This document shows positions 7,705-14,615 of a DNA stretch of 18,278 nt, in pieces. The number at the start of each line of letters is the position of its first letter. The first letter of the stretch is position 1. Location of the stretch: contig JALUEE010000018.1 of NCBI GenBank assembly GCA_027053075.1, positions 1 through 18,278 on the forward strand, given 5' to 3'. The position numbers and the translations under genes were made by a program. Under the pieces are notes generated by a model. That model was not told the origin of the DNA, did no database searches, and saw only the letters and a program-made list of their open reading frames with translations. The DNA is from a candidate division WOR-3 bacterium (lineage in GTDB: Bacteria; Hydrothermota; Hydrothermia; B15-G9; WFZT01).

Positions 7705-8292
7705 ATCAAAAAGTTAGCAAAGCTCATCTCCTACCTTTCGGATGGGACTTTAATTTCTGTCATTGTGTTTTATTTATTTGCAAGACGTTACGAGCACTCG
7801 GTAATGAAAGCTGTCGAGTGGACGCTGCTAACCTTGATTTTCTCCACTTTAATCCCATTTACAGCCATTTATTACTCCTGGCGGCGCGGATGGATTTCAA
7901 GCTTTCATCTTGATAAAAGAGAAGAGCGCTGGAAATTCTTCATAATTAGCATTCTTTCAGCTATGACTGGTGCATTTGTCCTTTACGAACTTAATGCCCC
8001 ACGTGTTCTCACAGTTGCGATGGTGAACTACGTTATTCTTGGTCTTGTGATGATGACGATTACTTTTTTCTGGAAGATAAGCCTGCATGCATCTTCTATA
8101 ACCGCTTTCATGGTGGCAGTGGTCGTAGTATTTGGCACTCGATACTGGTGGGCATTGCTTTTCATACTGCCGGTTTTATGGGCCCGGTACTACCTCAAAA
8201 AGCACACTGCAATGCAGCTTATTGCTGGAACTTTCGTTTCGTGTGTTATAACATTTTTCACGTTCAGCTACTTTTTAAAATCGGTCAAATAA
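7705..8292 (+). CDS. PAP2-superfamily-like integral membrane protein; start uncertain (ATC 7705, frameshifted ATG 7691, or GTG 7765)
   Basis: Multiple transmembrane helices; KISLHAS and WARYYLKKHTAMQLIAG resemble PAP2 C2/C3 motifs. The frame stays open upstream of 7765 (IKKLAKLISYLSDG). Confidence 0.7.
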   Translation: MKKLAKLISYLSDGTLISVIVFYLFARRYEHSVMKAVEWTLLTLIFSTLIPFTAIYYSWRRGWISSFHLDKREERWKFFIISILSAMTGAFVLYELNAPRVLTVAMVNYVILGLVMMTITFFWKISLHASSITAFMVAVVVVFGTRYWWALLFILPVLWARYYLKKHTAMQLIAGTFVSCVITFFTFSYFLKSVK

Positions 8293-8302
8293 GGAGGATG
8301 TT

Positions 8303-9208
8303 ATGTCAATACTGGTCGACGAGAAGACGAGGGTTATCATTCAGGGAATTACAGGAAGGGAGGGGTCAGCCCGTGCCAAATTGATGAAAGAGTATGGGAC
8401 AAATGTAGTTGGAGGAGTCACACCTGGAAGGGGAGGTATGGAAGTCCACGGAATTCCTGTGTTCGATACGGTTAAAGAAGCATGGGACGCGGTGGGACCC
8501 ATTGATGCAAGTGTTGTATTTGTGCCGGCACCCGCGGTAAAGGAAACAGCCCTCGAGGCAATTGAGGCTGGAGTTAAATTGCTTGTTTTAATACCTGATA
8601 GAGTGCCCATTCATGATGTTCTTGAAATCGCAAAGAGGGCCGAGGAGACCGGAGCAAAATTTGTTGGTCCAAATACACTTGGACTCCTCTCACCTGGTAA
8701 GGCAGTACTTGGAATGATCGGCGGTAGGGCTGCATCAGCAAGAGAGTGGTTTAAGCCCGGTCCTGTGGGAGTCACATCACGAAGTGGCGGTATTACCTCG
8801 GCAATTTCATACTACCTCACAAAGGCTGGACTTGGTGAAAGTACAATCATTCACGTGGGTGGAGATGCCGTGGTAGGACTCCCCCACCCTGAGGTTATTA
8901 AACTCTTTGAGCAGGATGAGCAGACAAAAGTTGTCGTGATGTTTGGCGAGATTGGAACCACTCAGGAAGAAAGAGTCGCTGATCTGATTGAAAAGGGTGA
9001 GTTTACCAAACCACTTGTGGCCTTCATAGGGGGTAAGGCTGCAAAGTCCGGCACCCGATTCTCCCATGCTGGTGCAATCATTGAAGGAAATAGGGGCACG
9101 TGGGAGAGTAAGGTTAAACGCTTGAGAGAAGTCGGAGCCCACGTGGTTGAATCTTTCATGGACATTCCAAAGGTTACAAAAGAAATTCTTGAAAAAATTG
9201 GAGGATGA
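8303..9208 (+). CDS. SucD-like CoA-binding ligase small subunit (succinyl-CoA or citryl-CoA synthetase small subunit)
   Basis: IIQGITGREG, GGVTPG, FVPAP, GPNTLG, SRSGG, GEIG and the phospho-His loop FSHAGAII; SD AAGGAGG. Confidence 0.88.
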   Translation: MSILVDEKTRVIIQGITGREGSARAKLMKEYGTNVVGGVTPGRGGMEVHGIPVFDTVKEAWDAVGPIDASVVFVPAPAVKETALEAIEAGVKLLVLIPDRVPIHDVLEIAKRAEETGAKFVGPNTLGLLSPGKAVLGMIGGRAASAREWFKPGPVGVTSRSGGITSAISYYLTKAGLGESTIIHVGGDAVVGLPHPEVIKLFEQDEQTKVVVMFGEIGTTQEERVADLIEKGEFTKPLVAFIGGKAAKSGTRFSHAGAIIEGNRGTWESKVKRLREVGAHVVESFMDIPKVTKEILEKIGG

Positions 9209-9210
9209 AA

Positions 9211-9984
9211 ATGGGTGAACTTCACTGGAAAACATCAATTACAAAGATTGAACCCAACAAGATTTCTGTGAGGGGCTACCCCATTGATTATCTGATGGGG
9301 AAAGTTACCTTCGCTCAGGCCATTTATCTTGTGCTAAAAGGTGAACTGCCAGATGAGAAAACGGGTAAAATGATAGACACTATTTTAGTTTCATCCATTG
9401 ATCACGGTGCGACACCACCTTCAACTCTTGCTGCAAGAACCATTGCCTCGACTGGATCACCTCTGAACGCTGCCCTTGCCGGTGGAATCCTTGCGATTTA
9501 TAGATACCACGGAGGTGCCATTGAGGACGCGATGAGGTTTTATATCGAGGGTGTAAAGAGGGCCGAGGAGACGGGAAAGAATCTTGAAGAAACAGCTGTT
9601 GAAATGGTTAAGGGAAAAAAGGAAAAAAAGGAAAAGGTATTTGGATTTGGCCACAGATACCACACAAATGATCCGAGAACGAAAAAACTCTTTGAGATCG
9701 CCGAGGAGACTGGATATTCTGGTAAATACGTGGCTTTTGCAAAGGCAGTTCAAAAGGCACTTGAAGAGGTTCTTGGCAAACACCTTCCAATAAATGTCGA
9801 TGGTGCCATTGCCGCTGTGCTCTGTGAGCTTGGATTTCCACCTGAGCTCGGGAATGCATTTTTCATCATGTCAAGAACTCCTGGAATAATTGCGCATGTG
9901 CACGAAGAGCAGACCAGAATGAAACCCATGCGAAAAATTCACCCCACAGACCACGAATACGATGGTCCCGAAAGGGGGCTTTAG
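9211..9984 (+). CDS. ccl: Citryl-CoA lyase (citrate synthase fold, Ccl/ACL C-terminal type)
   Basis: WKTSIT...VRGY, IDHG, HGGA, GFGHRYHTNDPR, PINVDGA and SRTPG; about 257 aa, too short for a full citrate synthase. ATG 9211 lies 6 nt after GGAGG; ATG 9205 is the alternative. Confidence 0.85.
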   Translation: MGELHWKTSITKIEPNKISVRGYPIDYLMGKVTFAQAIYLVLKGELPDEKTGKMIDTILVSSIDHGATPPSTLAARTIASTGSPLNAALAGGILAIYRYHGGAIEDAMRFYIEGVKRAEETGKNLEETAVEMVKGKKEKKEKVFGFGHRYHTNDPRTKKLFEIAEETGYSGKYVAFAKAVQKALEEVLGKHLPINVDGAIAAVLCELGFPPELGNAFFIMSRTPGIIAHVHEEQTRMKPMRKIHPTDHEYDGPERGL

Positions 9985-10103
9985 CAAATTGTTAAGATAG
10001 TAAAAGTTCTTTGGGAAGGGACTTGTACTTGAGGAAGGAATTGGGTGGAAAAGTTTCATTTGAAAATAAGGTATTTTTAACTTTTTCATCCACCTTTTTA
10101 CAG

Positions 10104-10133
10104 TTGACAGGAAAAGGGTGGGTAAGCGATAAT
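10104..10133 (+). promoter_or_regulatory. Sigma70-type promoter upstream of tRNA-Leu/glmS
   Basis: TTGACA (10104-10109), 18-nt spacer, GATAAT (10128-10133), 13 nt before the tRNA. Confidence 0.65.
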
Positions 10134-10146
10134 AAACGCAAAACGT

Positions 10147-10231
10147 GCCGGAGTGGCGGAACTGGAAGACGCGGCGGATTCAAAATCCGCTGGTACCAAA
10201 TACCGTGAGGGTTCGAATCCCTCCTCCGGCA
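10147..10231 (+). tRNA. tRNA-Leu (anticodon CAA)
   Basis: Acceptor stem GCCGGAG/CTCCGGC with discriminator A, D arm GGCGGAACTGGAAGACGC, anticodon arm GCGGA-TTCAAAA-TCCGC, long variable arm, T arm GAGGG-TTCGAAT-CCCTC. CCA is not encoded. Confidence 0.97.
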
Positions 10232-10257
10232 TAATCCAGCTCCAAGAGGAGGGGAAA

Positions 10258-12081
10258 ATGTGCGGAATTGTTGGTTACATCGGTAATAAAGACGTAGACT
10301 CCGTAATCCTCGTGGGTCTCGAAAAACTTGAGTACAGAGGTTATGACTCTGCGGGGATTGCGGCAATCCATGAGGGGGAGCTTTTCATCAGGAAAAGAAA
10401 GGGGAGAATAGTTGACCTCTATTCTCTCGTAAATGGAAAGCCGATAAAGGGAAATGTTGGTATTGGTCACACGAGATGGGCAACCCATGGAAAGGTCACC
10501 GACGAAAATGCCCATCCTCACACAGATTGCAATAACACCATTGCAGTTGTTCACAACGGCATCATTGAAAATTACATTGAGCTCAAAAAAGAACTCACAG
10601 AAAGGGGGCATGTTTTTAAATCAGATACCGACAGTGAAGTAATTCCACATCTCATTGAAGAGAATTATGACGGAGACATGCTGGAAGCGATCCTCAAAAC
10701 TATTAAGAAATTAAAAGGTGCATTCGCCTTTGTAGTCATCTCCACCCTTGAGCCTGACAAAATCATTGGTGTAAGAATGGCATCACCCCTTATCCTTGGC
10801 GTGGGTGAAAATGAGATGCTCTTTGCATCAGATATTCCTGCCCTCCTTTCTCATACGAAAAAAATTATCACACTTGATGATGGCGAAATCGTTGTTGCAC
10901 GCCAGAATTCTTTTCAAATTTATGACTTTGAAGGCAACCCCAGAGAAAAAGAGATAAAGGAAATCACCTGGGAAGCCGACATGGTCGAAAAAGAGGGCTT
11001 CCCTCATTACATGCTCAAAGAGATTCATGAGCAGCCCAAAGTTTTCGTGAAAAATATCGCAAGCTACCTGAAATCCGGCGAGCCCCAGATTCTTAAGGAT
11101 TTTAACCTCAGACGTATCCTTCTCAATAAAAATGAGTTTTACATCCAGGCATCCGGCACATCCTTGCATGCCGGCATGATTGGAACTTACATGGTCCAGG
11201 ATCTTGCGAGGGTAAAAAGTGTCGCTGAATATTCCTCTGAATTTCGTTACAAGAATCCAGTATTTGATCCCCGTACACTGGTGGTTGCCATAAGCCAATC
11301 GGGCGAAACAGCAGACACCCTTGCCGGAGTGAGGCTTGCCAAGAAAAATGGACTTGACGTGCTTTCGATAATCAACGTCCAGGAAAGTACCATTGCCCGC
11401 GAATCTGACTATGTGATTTATATCAACGCAGGCCCTGAAATAGGTGTTGCCTCAACGAAGGCCTACACCGCCCAGCTTCTGATTCTTGCCCTGCTTTCCC
11501 TCGAGATCGGATACCTCAAGGGCTATATTCCGGATGATGAGCTCAAGAAATACGTCAATGAGCTTAAGACACTACCTGAAAAGATGAGAGTCGTCCTATC
11601 CCACGAGGCGCAGATTCAGCATATCGCAGAGAAATTTTACAACGCCAACAACTTCATGTTCCTCGGTCGTGGGATCAACTTCCCCACAGCTCTCGAGGGT
11701 GCGCTAAAGCTTAAGGAAATTTCGTACATTCATGCGACAGGATACGCAGCGGGAGAAATGAAGCATGGCCCCATTGCTCTGGTTGACGAAAATCTACCTG
11801 TGGTGGTAGTCGCACCGAAAACCTCAGTTTATGAAAAAACCATCTCCAATATCCAGGAGGTAAAGGCCCGTGGTGGTAGAATAATCATCGTCGCCACTGA
11901 AGGTGACGAGGAAGTAAAGGAATTTGGTGAGGAAATCATTTATGTTCCAGAGACACTTGAGATATTCACTCCAATTCTTTCCATAATTCCTTTACAATTA
12001 TTGGCATATCATATCGCCGTTTTGAGAAACTGCGACGTTGATAAACCAAGAAATCTTGCAAAGAGTGTGACAGTAGAATGA
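10258..12081 (+). CDS. glmS: Glutamine--fructose-6-phosphate aminotransferase
   Basis: True start MCGIVG (catalytic Cys) at ATG 10258 after SD GAGGAGG; EYRGYDSAG, GHTRWATHG, SQSGETAD and C-terminal PRNLAKSVTVE. Confidence 0.98.
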   Translation: MCGIVGYIGNKDVDSVILVGLEKLEYRGYDSAGIAAIHEGELFIRKRKGRIVDLYSLVNGKPIKGNVGIGHTRWATHGKVTDENAHPHTDCNNTIAVVHNGIIENYIELKKELTERGHVFKSDTDSEVIPHLIEENYDGDMLEAILKTIKKLKGAFAFVVISTLEPDKIIGVRMASPLILGVGENEMLFASDIPALLSHTKKIITLDDGEIVVARQNSFQIYDFEGNPREKEIKEITWEADMVEKEGFPHYMLKEIHEQPKVFVKNIASYLKSGEPQILKDFNLRRILLNKNEFYIQASGTSLHAGMIGTYMVQDLARVKSVAEYSSEFRYKNPVFDPRTLVVAISQSGETADTLAGVRLAKKNGLDVLSIINVQESTIARESDYVIYINAGPEIGVASTKAYTAQLLILALLSLEIGYLKGYIPDDELKKYVNELKTLPEKMRVVLSHEAQIQHIAEKFYNANNFMFLGRGINFPTALEGALKLKEISYIHATGYAAGEMKHGPIALVDENLPVVVVAPKTSVYEKTISNIQEVKARGGRIIIVATEGDEEVKEFGEEIIYVPETLEIFTPILSIIPLQLLAYHIAVLRNCDVDKPRNLAKSVTVE

Positions 12082-12953
12082 TTAGAAGTATGACCGGGTT
12101 CGGGAGGGCCCAGGATGACATAGAAAATTTTAAGATAACCGTCGAGGCTGTTAGCCTTAACAGCAGATTCCTTGATCTACACGTTTACCTTCCTGAATGC
12201 ATTGAACACTTTGAGAATGATATAAGGAAACGTGTTCGTGATAAGATTTCACGCGGACTTGTGAAAATCAAGGTCAAAGTAGAAAAGCTTCCGACTTACT
12301 CAGAAAAGCTCGAAATAAATACTGACCTCCTCAACAGCATCCTTGAAAATTTGAAGAAGAATGTCAAGGGAAAGTACACAGTGGATGTGGCAAAACTCCT
12401 TGATCTGCCTGGAGTCATTAAGAGGCAAGATGCCGAAAAGCTTGAAGACAGCGGAAAGGTGATGGAACTCGTTGACAGGGCCATAGATGAAATGATTAAA
12501 TCAAGGGAAACAGAGGGTGAAAAAATAAGGGCGGATATAAAGGCTAAACTCGAAAATCTTACAAAATACCTCAAACAGGTAGAGCAGCTTAAGGAGCAGG
12601 AAATTGAGAGAAGGAAACAGAAGATAAGGGAATCCTTTGAGGAACTTAAAGAGGAGCTGGGAGACGATGCACAGCTCGATAATAGACTAAGCACGGAGCT
12701 TGTTTACTGGGCCAATAAGCTGGATGTGAATGAGGAAATTTCGAGGATAAAGGCCCACATTCACAACATTGATGAAATTCTCAATAATTCAAAAGACCCA
12801 GTAGGTAGAAAGCTGGACTTTTACAGTCAGGAGCTTCACAGGGAAATTACCACCCTTTCAAACAAAAGCGTTGACGTCGATGTGATAAAATACACAATCC
12901 TTATGCGTGAAGAAGTGGAGAAAATCAAGGAACAGGTAAGGAACGTGGAATGA
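12078..12953 (+). CDS. yicC: YicC/YloC family endoribonuclease
   Basis: MIRSMTGFGR, SLNSRFLD, LDVNEEISR, GRKLDF, ELHREITTLSNK and EKIKEQVRNVE motifs. Confidence 0.93.
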   Translation: MIRSMTGFGRAQDDIENFKITVEAVSLNSRFLDLHVYLPECIEHFENDIRKRVRDKISRGLVKIKVKVEKLPTYSEKLEINTDLLNSILENLKKNVKGKYTVDVAKLLDLPGVIKRQDAEKLEDSGKVMELVDRAIDEMIKSRETEGEKIRADIKAKLENLTKYLKQVEQLKEQEIERRKQKIRESFEELKEELGDDAQLDNRLSTELVYWANKLDVNEEISRIKAHIHNIDEILNNSKDPVGRKLDFYSQELHREITTLSNKSVDVDVIKYTILMREEVEKIKEQVRNVE

Positions 12954-13567
12954 TAAAACATCGTCCGTTTTTGATCGTCGTATCCGCACCATCCGGCTCG
13001 GGCAAGACTACCATCGTGAGGATGGTGCTCCAAAAAATGAATGATCTTTTTTACTCTGTTTCCGCAACAACTCGTAAAAAGAGAGCCGGAGAGGTTGACG
13101 GTAAAGACTACATATTTGTTTCACACGAGACTTTCGCAAAATGGATAGACGAAGGGAAAGTTGTTGAATGGGCCGAAATTTATGGCGAATACTACGGCAC
13201 GCCGAAGGAACCTATTGACAGGGCTTTAAAAGAGGGGAGAGACGTGATTCTCGACCTCGACATACATGGGAAAAGGGCCCTCGAAAAGCTTTACGGAAAA
13301 GATGTTGTCAGTGTTTTCTTGCTTCCCCCCTCGATCGAGGAACTGAGAAGAAGACTCATCTCGAGAGGGGCAGAAAGCCCTGAAAAACTAAAACTCCGTC
13401 TCGCTCTCTCAAAAGAGGAGATGAAATGGGGATACGAGTACGACTACATCGTTTTGAACGACATTCGTGAAGTTGCCACCGATAACGTTATAAGCATCAT
13501 AAAAGCTGAGCGAATGAGAAGAGAAAGGATCGTTAATCTTAAAGAGATTGTCGGCGATGAGGACTAA
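12950..13567 (+). CDS. gmk: Guanylate kinase
   Basis: SAPSGSGKT P-loop, SVSATTR, EVDGKDY, YYGT and FLLPPSIEELRRRL; follows yicC as is common. Confidence 0.96.
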   Translation: MIKHRPFLIVVSAPSGSGKTTIVRMVLQKMNDLFYSVSATTRKKRAGEVDGKDYIFVSHETFAKWIDEGKVVEWAEIYGEYYGTPKEPIDRALKEGRDVILDLDIHGKRALEKLYGKDVVSVFLLPPSIEELRRRLISRGAESPEKLKLRLALSKEEMKWGYEYDYIVLNDIREVATDNVISIIKAERMRRERIVNLKEIVGDED

Positions 13568-14615
13568 GGAAGTTAAAATCGGGAAAATAACCATTGGTGG
13601 CGATCATCCTGTTGCTGTTCAATCCATGACATCAACCCTCACTCATGATATTGATGCTACAGTTGAGCAGATCAATAGACTGGTGAACGCAGGTTGTGAA
13701 ATTGTGCGAGTTGCGATCCCCACGTGGAAAGACCTCAAGGCCTTTAAAGAAATAAGAAAAATTGTTCCAGATGTTCCACTTGTAGCAGATATCCATTTCA
13801 ACCATAAGCTTGCTATTGCTGCAATAGAGGCAGGTGCAGACAAAATAAGGATCAATCCAGGCAACATTGGTGGCAAAGACCGGGTTCGTGAGGTTATTCA
13901 GGCGGCGAAGGTGAACAGAGTTCCCATCAGGATTGGTGTAAATTCAGGCTCTCTTGAAATTGATTTGATTGACAGGCATGGTGGCGTAAAAGCTGAAGCC
14001 ATGGTAGAGAGTGCGATCAGATGGGTAAAATTCTTCGAGGATGAGGGCTTCGAGGACATTGTTATCTCTGTCAAATCAGCATCCGTCCCGATGACTATCA
14101 AAGCCTACAGAATGCTTGCCAGCAAAACTCATTACCCACTTCACGTGGGAGTTACTGAGGCTGGTCCTGCATACACGGGAATAATCAAATCCGCCATTGG
14201 TATTGGGGCACTCCTTGCTGATGGGATAGGAGATACCATAAGGGTGTCTCTTACGGCTGACCCGGTGGAAGAAGTCCGGGCTGCCTGGGAAATTCTCAAG
14301 GCCCTGGAAATTCGCTCGAGAGGCCCAATGCTGATCTCATGCCCCACGTGCGGCAGGACACGTGTAAATCTCTTAAAAATTGTGGGCGAAGTAGAGGAGA
14401 TCTTAAAAGGAGTCAAACTGCCCATAAAGGTGGCAGTCATGGGATGCGAGGTAAATGGGCCGGGAGAGGCAAGGGATGCCGATGTCGGAGTGGCTGCTGA
14501 ACCCGGGCGGGGCGTAATTTTCAGAAAGGGCAAAATTATAAGAAAGGTCAAAGAGGAAGAAATTCCTCAGGCCCTTTTAGAAGAAATCAAAAAGTTAGAA
14601 AAGAATCAGGACTGA
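13557..14615 (+). CDS. ispG: (E)-4-hydroxy-3-methylbut-2-enyl-diphosphate synthase
   Basis: VQSMT, ADIHF, RINPGN, RIGVNSGS, PLHVGVTEAG, GDTIRVSL and Fe-S ligands CPTCGR/MGCEVNGPGE. TTG 13548 is the alternative start. Confidence 0.97.
   Translation: MRTKEVKIGKITIGGDHPVAVQSMTSTLTHDIDATVEQINRLVNAGCEIVRVAIPTWKDLKAFKEIRKIVPDVPLVADIHFNHKLAIAAIEAGADKIRINPGNIGGKDRVREVIQAAKVNRVPIRIGVNSGSLEIDLIDRHGGVKAEAMVESAIRWVKFFEDEGFEDIVISVKSASVPMTIKAYRMLASKTHYPLHVGVTEAGPAYTGIIKSAIGIGALLADGIGDTIRVSLTADPVEEVRAAWEILKALEIRSRGPMLISCPTCGRTRVNLLKIVGEVEEILKGVKLPIKVAVMGCEVNGPGEARDADVGVAAEPGRGVIFRKGKIIRKVKEEEIPQALLEEIKKLEKNQD

Noticed and set aside
9611..9638. Purine run GGAAAAAAGGAAAAAAAGGAAAAGG in ccl as a phase-variation tract
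   Set aside because: It encodes KGKKEKKEK in an intact reading frame and is explained by Lys/Glu codons.
10147..10231. tRNA-Leu as an integration site for an island or prophage
   Set aside because: I saw no duplicated tRNA 3' end and no integrase; the flanks are housekeeping genes.
10153..10257. 35-aa N-terminal extension of GlmS in the ORF track
   Set aside because: It is the tRNA-Leu sequence read in frame. GlmS needs Cys at position 2, and ATG 10258 has a strong SD.
9985..10257. glmS ribozyme upstream of glmS
   Set aside because: The upstream region is occupied by a promoter and the tRNA, with only 26 nt before the ATG.
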